Source: Octopus vulgaris (Eukaryota). From it: DNA of 64,000 nucleotides. The stretch covers positions 50,406,001 through 50,470,000 of the forward strand of contig OX597824.1 in the NCBI GenBank assembly GCA_951406725.2, given 5' to 3'. The translations under genes and the position numbers were made by a program. Of this stretch, positions 1 through 13,040 are shown piece by piece. The notes beneath the pieces are model-generated. The model saw only the letters and a program-made list of their open reading frames with translations. It made no database searches and was not told where the DNA came from. The stretch's first letter is position 1. Every line of letters starts with the position of its first letter.

Positions 1-35
<35 letters not shown>

Positions 36-38
<3 letters not shown>

Positions 39-183
39 TCTTCCAGTTTCCGTCTACCAATACCAACCAGAAGACTTTGGTTGGGTTGGCCCGCGGCTAT
101 AAGAGAAGACATGTAGTGGGATTGAACCTGGAACCATGTAGTTGGGAAGCAAGCTTCTTACCACACAGCCACTCCTGCACCTA
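36..183 (-). mobile_element. tRNA-derived SINE family A, 5' half
   Basis: Reverse complement of the SINE head at 24596-24760 (GGTGCAGGAGTGGCTGTGTGGTAAG...GGTTCAATCCCAC; Pol III A/B-box-like). Confidence 0.8.
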
Positions 184-334
184 TAAATAGAGTGCAGCAG
201 TGTTCCACAATACTCCCTGCCAAAGCCTTTTGGAGCTTTAGGTATTCTCGCTCAGTAAACACTCACAACGCTCGCTCTGGGTGTCGAAACAGTGATCACA
301 CGATCGCGAGTCCGCTGCCCTTATATATATACTT

Positions 335-386
<52 letters not shown>

Positions 387-491
387 AAGTATATATACGC
401 GTATGTGTGTGTGCATATGTGCGCGTTGCGTGTATGCGTGTATGTATGTACGTATCCATGTATGTATGTATATATACACACACACACACAC

Positions 492-536
<45 letters not shown>

Positions 537-766
537 CATGTATGTATGTATATATGCATACACAAACACATTTGTATATAGATGTATATTTGGATATATG
601 CAAATATGTACATACATGTATAATTGTTTTACCGTCTTAGCATATGTTTGTATGTGTTAATATATGTATGCAGAAATTTTATACGCACATTCATACTTAT
701 TTAGCAACTTCATTTTTTTTAACAATTCAAGATATTCACGTTTTTTAGCAAACATAACTTGCCCAG

Positions 767-829
<63 letters not shown>

Positions 830-904
830 TATGTAGGTACATATATACATGTAGATATATGCGTGCATATATGTGTGTATATGTTTGTATATCTGTATAT
901 ATAG

Positions 905-993
<89 letters not shown>

Positions 994-1379
994 CGCACGT
1001 GAATACATACATATACATACATAAAGAAATCTTCTTCCGTTCTTATCCGAAAGGATGCGATTTTGCAAGAAAGAATGCCGAAGGCCAAACACCAAACTAT
1101 ATAATATAGCACCTTTTAACATGAGGTGTTCTTCGCCAAGGTATTCATTATAGCTGCCGCTGTTGTCGGTGGCTTTCTACATTGCTTCTTTGTTTGTTTC
1201 TGACATTGTTTCTGCAACCTTTTCCTAAACAAATCCATCTCTATTTAAGCAAATATATGAATATATTTTTGTAGCTATCATCGGAAACGCGTGTCAGTCA
1301 AATATTTGGTGGGAGTACAATAACGTATATGTAATTGTGTGCTTCATATCTGTATTATTACGTCTTATCTCTCTTTTCC

Positions 1380-1459
<80 letters not shown>

Positions 1460-1580
1460 GCATCCATTGATTATTTTCCTTTTTTTCATTGTACCACTTT
1501 TTATTGTAACCTAACTCGCTAGTTTTATTATTGCATGTTTGTGTGTGTGTACATATACATACATACATACATACATACAT

Positions 1581-1663
<83 letters not shown>

Positions 1664-1751
1664 CAAGTATGTATGTATGTATATTATATATTTCACATGA
1701 AATGTACACTAATTTATATATATATATATTATATATACATACAATACATAT

Positions 1752-1794
<43 letters not shown>

Positions 1795-2569
1795 TAAATA
1801 AATAGATAGAGAAAGACAGAGTGAGAGAGCCAAAAAGAGAGAAAGAGAGTAATAGAGGGTGAAACAGAGAGAGCGAAAACAAGATAAGATGGTAAAAGAC
1901 ACACATACATATATGTATAAGTGAGTGTATGGATCTTCTCTCTGTTAAGATACATGCATATATATACACACATGTATAAATGCAAATACAATCACGCACA
2001 CATAAACACACATCTATGAAAACGCCCACACACACGCACAGACCATATACATACGCATGCGTGCGCACACACACAGAAGTATATTACAATCGTTGAAGAA
2101 TATCCTTACATATCCGTATGGGGATTTAGTTGTTGGGCCAACGACTGTATCCTGCTTTTGAGTTTGTATGTATGACACTGAGCACTCCATAGACACGCAG
2201 GCAATTAATGTAATAACGTAATTATCCGTCTATTTCGCTACCGTTTTCCTTTTATTTTTATTTTGCCCTGTCTTCCCTTTGCTTTTTTAACTACCCGGTC
2301 ACTTCCACCTTCATCTTTTACTCAGACACAGATATACAATCCTAGCGGTTACCGTATTCCCCTTTACCGATTACATTGTGCACGAAGTCGCAACCGAAGT
2401 ATATTTAGGTTCAGAAAAGGAAAGATGTGATTGACAGCAGAATAAAACTGAATATATAAATGTCTGTTCTCCTTATTATTAATCTCTCTCTCTCTCTCAC
2501 TCACTCACTCTTTTGCATTCCAAAACCGATGTGCTGATTTTGACGTATGGGGTATCAAAAGATTCAGTA

Positions 2570-2663
<94 letters not shown>

Positions 2664-3489
2664 ATGTATTATGTATGTATGTATGTATACACACACACAC
2701 ACACACATATATATATATGTATTAATAAATGAATAACAAAAGAACAGTTTACAGCCCTACCGATTACAAGGGACCCTGCACCGAGATTTGCGTATAAATG
2801 CGATATATTATAGCTTCATCAGAGCCTTAACTCTTTTAGCCTGTCCAAATCATTTTCATAAGTCTTAAACGTTATGCTTGTTTATAGATTTTTAGTTACT
2901 TCTTGTTGTTAGATACGTTTTGAGCAATGAAAAGCTATCCATTCATAAGTCCCAAGTTACTGCGATTGTAGAGCTAAAATTAGGAATGTGTATCATATAT
3001 GAAACTCGGACACCAGCGAAATTTGTCATGTGTATCACATGATTCACAGCGCAGAAAAAGTTTTAAATGTGGAAGACGTTTAAGTATATATTTAGGTACA
3101 TAGGATACAATATATTATAAGCATATTAAACAGAAATTATCCACACACAGTCACGTACATTTATATGATGATCTAGGTACAACGCTAGCAGATTTTCAAG
3201 GAGGGACATTAAGGAATAGCATCGACACCCGAACTTGACAAGTAGTTTACAAAAGACAGATCTTAGCGAGTTTTGACCTTACAGTGAAAAAGAGGCGAAA
3301 CAAATGCCGAAGACCATTTTTCCAACGCACCAATAATTTTGCCAGCTTGTCGCTTTAACGCACACATATATATCGTGCTTTTTGCCCGATCCCCTTGATG
3401 ACAAGGGGCTGTTTTTAACGAGTGAGAGCGAGTGAACAGGAGAAAGAAGGGGAGAGAAATAGAGAGAGAGATATACTGGCTGTGTGTAG

Positions 3490-3705
3490 CTTTATCTTAC
3501 TTTTTGTTTTAGACGTTTGACTAAGGCCATGCTGTGTTAGTTCGAGTTTTAGTCGAACAAATCGGCACCAGTAAATATTTTAAAGCCTAGTACTTATTCT
3601 ATCGGTCACTTTTGTCGAACCGCTAAGTTACGGGGACTTGAACATATCAACACCGGTTATCAAGCGGTGTTGGGAGACAAACAAATACACATACAGACAC
3701 ACACA
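3490..3705 (-). mobile_element. SINE family A, 3' half
   Basis: Reverse complement matches 24800-25000 (CTTAGCGGTTCG...GACCGATAGAATAAGTACT...CAGCATGGCC). Confidence 0.7.
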
Positions 3706-3721
3706 CACACACTCATATATA

Positions 3722-3910
3722 TAGGGAGAGTTTACGAGAAAAACAAAAAACGAAGACAGGTGGTGTGCAAAACAAACAGATGTATTAGTATAACGCTCAG
3801 GAATAGAAAACGTTTTTTACGTTTCGAGCCTACGCTCTTCTACAGAAAGGAACACAGAAAAAATAAGGAGAGAAAAAAATGTGTGTAGTGGCTAACTATC
3901 TATCATGGCG
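3722..3910 (-). mobile_element. PLE pseudo-LTR tail fragment with minimal hammerhead (3813-3849)
   Basis: Homologous to 49065-49258. Minus strand reads CTTT-CTGTAGA-A-GAGC gtag GCTC-GAAA-CGTA. Flanked by (TA)n. Confidence 0.65.
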
Positions 3911-3911
3911 A

Positions 3912-3989
<78 letters not shown>

Positions 3990-4712
3990 CATACATAAGT
4001 TCTATGGAAACTTATGAAAATTTGAAACATCGGGGTAATACAAATCTGTTGAATAACTGTTTGGAGTTGGGTATATCTTGTATACATCGTACAACCCGAA
4101 CGTTTAAATACTTTAAATAATAATTTTGTGAGTATTCCTATATTTTTCAAATTGTAATTCTTTATAATCAAATAAGAAGGAATATACCATACTGGCTCTC
4201 AATTTAACATTCATAGATGACTAAAAAATCCTCACTGCAAACTTGAAATTGAATTCTTTTTTCTAAAATTAAACTGGCTTTAAAATTAATAAGGCTTTCC
4301 CCCAGTTAAAAAGTACTATGCCTACTCGTAATAAGTGATAGTTTTTGTCTTCTCCAAATTGCACTCTCTGTGAATGTGATAGTGACCACTTGACATTGAC
4401 CTAGTTCTCTCATCAAATAGTAGTAATTGGAATTTAGTAGTGAGAATTGTTGTCTTCCACATGAATTCCTTTTATGGAGTTCTGAATTCCCCTTTACCCC
4501 ATTTCTACAATTAGAAAATCTTTATTGCTTACTTCTCCCTCTCACAACCCTACAGCAGTCTGGAACAATCAAATCTTAGTCAGTCAGTGGAGGGACTCCA
4601 CTACTTCATATGTTCTTAAAATTTAAATCCACATCTTTGTCTATATATCTACCTTCTCTATAATGTTGCCACTTGATTTGAAAATGTTTGTATTAATGGA
4701 AAACCTCTATAA

Positions 4713-4798
4713 TTGGCTGATGAGTACTCAGCATCTTAAATCAGTTGTAATACTTACAACATTTAATAAAATGATGTAGTACGAAACGATCGTACCAA
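4713..4798 (+). ncRNA. Type I hammerhead ribozyme
   Basis: Stem I TTGG/CCAA; core CTGATGA (4717-4723); stem II GTACT/AGTAC enclosing the hairpin GTTGTAA-TAC-TTACAAC; GAAA (4783-4786); palindromic stem III ACGATCGT; GTA cleavage triplet. Confidence 0.85.
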
Positions 4799-4831
4799 AT
4801 TACCGGAGTCATTCTTGTTGCTTATTTTGAT

Positions 4832-4905
<74 letters not shown>

Positions 4906-4907
4906 TG

Positions 4908-5052
4908 TACGACGAGCGTCTTTCGGTTTCCGTCTACCAAATCTACTCACAAGGTTTCTGTGAGTCTTTAGTAGAAGACACTTACCGAAGCTGCCACGCA
5001 GTAGGACTAAACCCGGAACCATGTGGTTGGGAAGCAAGCTTCTCACCATACA
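4908..5052 (-). mobile_element. SINE family A, 5' half
   Basis: Reverse complement of 24610-24760. Confidence 0.75.
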
Positions 5053-5169
5053 GACACACTTATCGTACTCAAACTGATATGCCACTGCATCTATCGTTAG
5101 GGTCCCGCGATTATGGGTGAGGCGAGATCGGCTTTACTGTACCACGTTAACCTAGTGTATGCTTGTACG

Positions 5170-5548
5170 ATTGCTTAAATCGACTCCAATTGTTGATTGT
5201 TCTTACGATGAAAAGTAAAGTCGGTCCGGGCAGAATTTGTGCTAAAAACATATAGAATCAGAATAGATACCAAAAGAAATTTTGAGACGGTGCTCTAACG
5301 ATTCTATCAATCTACCATTCCTAATAAATATTGCTTCTGATTTAGGCACACGGTTTGCATATTTTGATGGGAGGGGTTAGTCAATGTCATTGACACCGAT
5401 TCTTGATTAGGGATTATTTATCGACCCTGGAAGGATGAAAGGCAAGCTTTACCTCGGAGGGATTAGAATTCAAATCGCAAAGAGCATGAACAAATGCCAC
5501 GCGATAGTTTTCCGACCCGCTAACGATTTGACCAGTGCACTGCCCTCA
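5170..5548 (-). mobile_element. Two decayed SINE family B (MetaSINE-like) copies
   Basis: Contains TTTATCGACCCTGGAAGGATGAAAGGCAAG, the reverse complement of the family B core seen at 20532-21410. Confidence 0.6.
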
Positions 5549-5855
5549 CTAAACATAACAAGTAATCAATATATTATTGATTTCTAACAATATCATTGAT
5601 GTTAATCTGATATAATTAACAGGCGATTGTTCAAAGAATTCATTTGTGATGTTTTTATTTTATTACTGTTAGCATTTGGCTGAACACAGACATGACCAAA
5701 GTTGGTTAAGTTCATTCCACAAATCGTGAAGTTCCGGGTTCGATCCCACTCCGCGGCGTAGTGGGCAAATGACATTTGTTATAACTTCAGCTTGATTCCA
5801 GCATTGATAGTGAAGATAGAACAAAAGAAACTGCGAAGAATCTCGTCATGTATAT

Positions 5856-5922
<67 letters not shown>

Positions 5923-6128
5923 CTCCAAAAGATCATAATATAATATTTGTATTGTCCTTTGTCATGTCCTGATAATTTTCCTTTCAAGTTATTTTGAAAT
6001 GCAAGCTGATATATTTATATACGTTTTGTAGTTTGAATTGGATGCGAAATGAAACTATTGTGGTTGAAGATGTTGATTAATCAATAAATTAATTTATATC
6101 CATTACATCTCCATTTTTAAACTTAATA

Positions 6129-6186
<58 letters not shown>

Positions 6187-8159
6187 GTGTGTGTTTGTAA
6201 GCGTGTGTGTCTAAGAGTATATTTATGCTGGTTGGCATATATATATATATATATATATATAATATACATACATATATATAAAACTATGAAAGAGAGTTTG
6301 TGTGTGTGCGTACGTTCCTTATGCATTCCAAAACCGATGTGCTGATTTTGACGTGTGGGGTATCAAAAGATTCAATAATATTTCGGCTACCAATTAAACT
6401 TTATTTTCATAGACATATTTGCGTTACAAAAATTTTAAATTATAATCTTTTCCCTAAGTCAGCTATCGTAAACATTTTATACGACGACGACGACGATGAT
6501 GTCATATCTTCTTTATGAGTTTGTACTTTAAAAGACACCCATCGTCACGATGCACACCTTCACCCACTCACTCTATTTCTCTGTCTCTTTCTCTTTGTCT
6601 CTCTTTCCTATCTTGCACACACGAATACACACACACACACACACACACGTCCATTTCATATACACGTACATACATCTTTCACTTTCTGCTCTCTCTCTCC
6701 TCTTTTCTCTTTCCTTTCAATTTCTGTCCTCTTCAAAGCATAAAGAAATATATTTTTACGGAATGACCGAGAGAAACGCAGAATAAGAAAAGGACAGAGA
6801 GACAAGAGAAAGAAACAGAGACAGAAAATATGTTTCTATAGAAGTTGAAAGACGGATAGCGGGTGATAGACAGACGCTGGTGTTTCATACCCTATGTATG
6901 CTCCATATTTGAAAGTGGAAAAAGCCGGCACAAAGAGACGGGGAAGGCGGGAGAGAAGGGGACGTGGACAACCGCAGGACCGAGGTCATGTACAAATTTT
7001 CAGGTCATTTTCACTTTCGTTCTATGTTTCACGCATGTGTAGAATTAGGCATTATCTCTCTCTTTCAATTTCTGATTATAATGTATGGGGATCTTATGCT
7101 GTCAACAAGTCGCAACTTCTACTAATTAATTGGAATTAAGAAAGGTATGCACAAATAACTTCCTTTGGCGCACGTGCACGCACACACACACACACACACA
7201 CAGAGTTACAGTCTCTCCTATTTCTTTCCTCAATTTACTCACATTTCTACGTTTTCCATACAGGACATTTGCCTTTCGCCCCAAAGCGGGTAGCTGATGG
7301 GTGGCGGAGGTGGGAGATGGGGCATTCAGTATTTCTTTCAGGAAAATTAAACTTTCAAAAACAAAGAATATTTCCCACTTTCGTAATCTCTATTTTTCCA
7401 CGTGGATAACAAACAAAATTCGAAAAACAGTTAAAAACTAGAAAAGTACTCGGAGAGCGCAGACTTCCGCCAAGCAGCTCATTTCCACTCATATACACGC
7501 ATGTTGAAAATCGCCCAATTTCCCAAACCAATGCCAGCAAAAACATAGAGATACTATTTTATCCTCCTCTCATACTTATCTTGACCATCGTCATCATGAA
7601 CACTCTCTGCTTTCACCACAATCACCGTCAAAACTACGATCAACGCAATCAGTTTCTTTACACAGTTGAAAATCCATTATCCGATACTCATGGGACCGAG
7701 ATTGCTGCAGATTTTTGATTTTTCTAATTTCGGATTGCTTTATTAAAACCAGGTCTAAACACAATAGCTTATAGACATACTCTGAATGTAGTTCTGTATA
7801 AATCTTTAATAATTTTTTTTATACTTAAGACTATCAGAAATGTTGTCATGTTTTGACTAAAACATAGTTGCTGAGCCAGAGACTAATCTTGTAGTATTTT
7901 GTGGGGGATTAATCCAACGAATTGACAGAAAAATAATTGCTTCTATCACAATCATTTACCTTTCGAGCGAAAAAACAAAACCGACGTATATGACAGGTAT
8001 ATCAAATATATTTTGTGTACTTCTTTCTCTGTTCATTCCGATAAGCTGTAGAAATTGTTGCGCACCTTATCGATTTTCGTGGTGAGGCCTTCATATGCTG
8101 TGGTCCTTTTGCTCTTTAACCATAAATCTATTAGACAGCGGGATGGGGTGTGGATCAAT

Positions 8160-9204
8160 TTTGGAGTTTTTCACACTGGACATGATGGGTATCCAGCATA
8201 CAAAAGACGCAAACCGGGAGACGGTGGATTCCATTTTACTCTTCGGCCACAGAAAAGTCCAGTCATCGTAGACAACAGATGGATCGTCCCATATAGTCCT
8301 CTATGGCTACGAGTTTTCAAGGCACACATTAACGTGGAATTTTGCAATTCTGTTCACTCCATCAGGTATGTATGCAAATATATAAACAAAAGGTCCGACA
8401 TGGCTGTCTTTGGCTTTTCAGATGCTGATAGGGCTAATGAGGTACACCGATATCTAATGGGCCGTTATGTAAGCAGTAATGAGTCGCTTGAAGACTCCTC
8501 AATTTCCCCATCCATGACAGACATCCACCTCTCTGTTCATTTAGAAAATGACCAAAGAGTTTATTTTGATCCATTGAATCCTGAAAGAGTTAGAGGACAA
8601 ATATATGCGCCACAGGCGACGACTCTCACAACATTTTTGACCTGTGTAGATGTGAGGCATTCACCGCGACCATCTTCTTCACAGACGTACCAAAGTATTA
8701 CACCTGGAATAACCATGTTAAGAAGTGGAAGAGAAAGCTTGGTGTAACCGTCGAATGGCATCCTCACATAAAAAAGTAATGCTCTAGATCGAGTTTATAT
8801 GGTCCACCCTAAAAACTTCGAATGCTACTGTCTCCGGATGCTCCTCGACAAAGTTCCCGGACCAACGTCATACAAAGACCTTAAAATAGTAGGAGAGATC
8901 GCATACATTTCACACATGCCCCTTATTCCCTCAAATGTGCCTTTTCAGTTCAAGCGCCTCCAGTTCCCAGTGCGAGTGTGCTTCACAATGACAATCAACA
9001 AAGCTCAGGGTCAAACTTTAAAACTTGCTGGTCTCAATTTACAACTACCCTGCTTTTCTCATGGACAACTATATGACTCATGCTCTCGAGTTAGCAGAGT
9101 AGATGGTTTGCATATTTATTCTACCAACACTGGACTTACGCAAAACATAGTTTACCCAGAAGCATTGTCGGCTTCACTTAACATATGTTGAAGTGTGCAG
9201 TCTG

Positions 9205-9268
<64 letters not shown>

Positions 9269-9335
9269 AGGTGAGGACCGAAACCCTTCAAAGGGATGTC
9301 AAACATTCGAGTTCGCTGGCACAGTCCAAGTAAAG
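8160..9335 (+). mobile_element. Internally deleted Helitron (Rep fragment fused to PIF1-helicase C-terminus)
   Basis: Rep motifs DGYPAYKRR, VDNRWIVPYSP, AHINVEFCNSVHSIRYVCKYINK and LSVHLENDQRVYF in ORF 8055-8747. Helicase motifs FKRLQFPVRVCFTMTINKAQGQTL and CFSHGQLY..CSRV in ORF 8799-9191. Confidence 0.9.
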
Positions 9336-9667
9336 AATAAATATAAAAATATATATTCTGTATTTGTAAACACAATAAATGAAGTATAAGGAGAGAAATA
9401 TTGTAGGTGTTGGCGAACTTTAATTCACAATCCAGGTTGGTACTGAACCAATATACATTCTACAAACTTTTTCGGAGTCTAATTAATTCCAAAGACAAAA
9501 ACGAAAAATTCTTCATGAAATATAAATTAGATACTTCGTCAGGAATTACATTCTAGTATGAATAATTACGACCAACAAAAATATACAAAGACCTTTCATA
9601 GCCCAGACGGGAACGAACGAATAATAATAGAATGAAAAATAGCTAGAACGCCAAATATTCAAAACCA

Positions 9668-9713
<46 letters not shown>

Positions 9714-9735
9714 GGTTTAGGCAATTGAGATTTTT

Positions 9736-9775
<40 letters not shown>

Positions 9776-9893
9776 AATCAAGGAACGGCCATAATAGGCC
9801 ATTCACCCACTAGAAATAACAGCCAAAAGCTTTAACCGCAAAATAACATTAATACCGTAAACCAGGAGAAAATTGAAAAACTTTTACCCTGTA

Positions 9894-10000
9894 ATTTCTT
9901 AGACGATGCACCGTTTCATCTACCGTTTAATGGTAAACTAACCTGATTAAATTAAATCAAGCCAATCCACCATAGGCCCTTAGACTCATCAGTAAGAAAT
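9894..10000 (-). ncRNA. Type I hammerhead ribozyme (485-bp unit, copy 1)
   Basis: Minus strand: ATTTCTTA-CTGATGA-GTCTA...TAGAT-GAAA-CGGTGCATCG-TC-TAAGAAAT. 8-bp stem I; 19-bp extension inside stem II with six G-U pairs. Confidence 0.92.
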
Positions 10001-10378
10001 AGCCAAATCGGAACAGATATTTTTCACGAGGCATTCCTCTTGCTACCTCGGCAATATCTGACCTAAAATTTTCAAATCGTCGCACTCGCGCCAAATTTAT
10101 CGGCAGCAAATAAACCACCGATTCCGTTACGGAACTAACCAGAAAATTCATAATTAATCAATATAGGGTGGCAAAAAAAATTTTGTAGAATTCTTTTACC
10201 ACCAGCGGCCTAGTAGGAAAAAATTAAATAGTCATAAACCATTTTTACGTTCAACATCACAATCAAGGAACGGCCATAATAGGCCATTCACCCACTAGAA
10301 ATAACAGCCAAAAGCTTTAACCGCAAAATAACATTAATATCGTAAACCAGGAGAAAATTGAAAAACTTTTACCCTGTA

Positions 10379-10485
10379 ATTTCTTAGACGATGCACCGTT
10401 TCATCTACCGTTTAATGGTAAACTAACCTGATTAAATTAAATCAAGCCAATCCACCATAGGCCCTTAGACTCATCAGTAAGAAAT
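10379..10485 (-). ncRNA. Type I hammerhead ribozyme (485-bp unit, copy 2)
   Basis: Same sequence as 9894-10000, offset by 485 bp. Confidence 0.92.
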
Positions 10486-11370
10486 AGCCAAATCGGAACA
10501 GATATTTTTCACGAGGCATTCCTCTTGCTACCTCGGCAATATCTGACCTAAAATTTTCAAATCGTCGCACTCGCGCCAAATTTATCGGCAGCAAATAAAC
10601 CACCGATTCCGTTACGATTCCGTTATTTTGCGGTTAAAGCTTTTGGCTGTTATTTCTAGTGGGTGAATGGCCTATTATGGCCGTTCCTTGATTGTGATGT
10701 TGAACGTAAAAATGGTTTATGACTATTTAATTTTTTCCTACTAGGCCGCTGGTGGTAAAGAATTCTACAAAATTTTTTTGCCACCCTATATTGATTAATT
10801 ATATATATATATATATATATATAAACACTTCAGCGTTTTATCAAATTACAATTCACGATATGTAATATATAAATATATAAAAAAAAAAAACAGAACAGAT
10901 AAATTTAATGGAACAAAAATTAACTACAAAAAATAATAGGGTTATCTAATCAAAAATTAAAAATTAATAACTAGAAACCGATACATTATCCACTAAAAAA
11001 TAATAAATGTCCTAATTCAAATTTAAAATATGGTAATATCAAACAAAAATGAAAATAAAAAGAAAAAAACAGTTCTTTTGTTTCCAAAATAGCCTTCTAC
11101 AGGTAAAACAGTAGAACGGAGGAAGAGAAAGAGTAGTATAAGTGAAGAGAAAGGAGAGGAAAATAGTAATACAGTGAAGGAGAGGCAGAGAGTAATAGCC
11201 ATGACTCGAAGAGTAAGAGAAAGTAAGAACCGTTTGAGAAAGAAGAACGTAGAGTGTAACTTCTGTTCTCAACATATGAAAAGGAAGGGGCGAATAAAGT
11301 AAAAACCACCGTTCAGCTCTGTATGAGTATATGTATATATGTGTGTGTATGAAAAGGGGAGGTATGTGAA

Positions 11371-11406
<36 letters not shown>

Positions 11407-12638
11407 TGTGTGCGTAAGTAATGAAAACGTACAAATCTGAAAATAAAAAACTGACATCATTCCAATTCCAATTCTGTTGGAGTATGTGTGTGCTTGGGAA
11501 ATATGTGAATGCTTGTATCTGTGATTATTCTGCACTTCATTTTGGACCTTGTTTAAATAACAATTAGTTATCACTTATAAACGGCACAGGGTCAGCTAAT
11601 AAATAAATATATTGAAATATCAAAACGGTTGTAAGATAAATGAATTAGATGTAAAAATTCACCGTTTTAAATCACTGATGAACCAAAATTAAAATACTCA
11701 TAATATCTTATAAAATAAATTAAAAATTAAAAACATTTTAGATTTAAAAAAATTTTTCAATTTTTCAATTTAAAAAATTAGAAAAAAAACAATGTGAGAG
11801 GAACCAACTTAAGTAGTAAATAGAAAGGGTGAAACCGAAATTATTAAACTCACAGAACCAATAAATCAAAATAAAACTAGATAGAATAAAATGCCTATAA
11901 TAGTGTTAGACGTGGTGTACAGATATTGAATATAGCGAAAAGAGGAGGTCGCCAGAATTATGGGAAAAGAAGTTTTCTTTTTATTTAGTCATTATTATTA
12001 GCGCTTCCTTTCGTCTTCGAACTTGTGAAATAAAATTGTGAATGTGCAAACAGTTTGTTCATTTAGATAAATCAGGTGTGTTTTAATTAGAAGAGGAGAA
12101 CATTGTTTTTGCTGTTTTTGGTGTTTTGGGGTGACCTCTTTTAGAATGGGGTAAGTAATGAAAAAGGATGTGTGCGGTCATCACTAAAAGCATTTTTTCT
12201 TAGGGCGCCAAGAAGGAAGATAAGTTCTACATGTGTGTGTGTGTTTGTGTGTGTGTGTATGTGTGTGTGCATGTGTGTGTGTGCCCGTGAGTTCATGTGT
12301 TTGGAAATATGCCTATGCCTACACTGTAATTTCGATGTTTTGCATTGAAAATAGTCAGGTTTCTTTTAATTTTATGTTTTGCATGAACAAACATTAGCAT
12401 AATATTTATAAATTAGAAAAATAAAACTCATTGTAATAGAGACGGGTATTATGTTATAAATATTGAGGCAGAAACAACAGTAAGAGTGTTTCTTTTCTTC
12501 TCTTTCCTTAAGGTGTCAGAAAGTTTTGTAATAAAAAAATAAAGAGCCAGGTTTCTTTCGATTTCATGTTTTGTATGAAAAACAATATTTACAAATTAGA
12601 AAAATTCGTAAAGTTAGAATGTTATATATATATATATA

Positions 12639-12711
<73 letters not shown>

Positions 12712-12736
12712 ATATGTTACATTACTCGATAGTCAA

Positions 12737-12797
12737 GATAAAACTCTGAGTTTCAGATGCCGAAGTGGGAATCCATAACGCCATCTCTTCGGTTATC
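12737..12797 (-). ncRNA. Type I hammerhead, CCGAAGA core variant, in Naiad 3' end
   Basis: Minus strand: GATAA-CCGAAGA-GATG...CATCT-GAAA-CTCAGAG-TT-TTATC. Confidence 0.75.
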
Positions 12798-13040
12798 TGG
12801 CTATTTGAAAACGCTATGAAAAATACCGTTATACAAAGGGAAATTATTGTGTTATAACTCTGCTTGCCTGCGTACTTATACATCGCTATGTAAACGTACA
12901 CATCTTCACTCGCATTTTTCGCCATAAAAAATATATAAAAAATATATAAAAAATATACATAAAATATATATAAAAAATATATGCTAGAAGGTATGATGAG
13001 GTAAAGAAACCTTCTTGGGACATAACATAGAAAGCATATT

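Larger units (their letters stand above)
9771..10802 (-). mobile_element. Non-coding hammerhead retroelement (retrozyme-like): about 1.75 tandem 485-bp units plus an inverted tail
   Basis: 9771-10131 is repeated at 10256-10616 (1 substitution seen). 10622-10802 is the reverse complement of 10150-10332. Flanked by (TA)n; no meaningful ORF. Confidence 0.85.

Noticed and set aside
1280-1305. GAAACGCGTGTC, a possible hammerhead 3' half
   Set aside because: No matching CUGANGA core or stem I partner upstream.
2514-2566. ~53-bp sequence repeated at 6322-6374
   Set aside because: A real dispersed repeat, but too short to classify, and it has no ribozyme core.
192-2725. Dozens of ORFs with YIYI/HTHT/CVCV/MYVC runs (here and throughout the window)
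   Set aside because: They are translations of stop-free microsatellites, with no domain content.
2745-2830. Minus-strand CTGATGAAGCTAT core
   Set aside because: No GAAA or consistent stems II and III; at best a very decayed relic.
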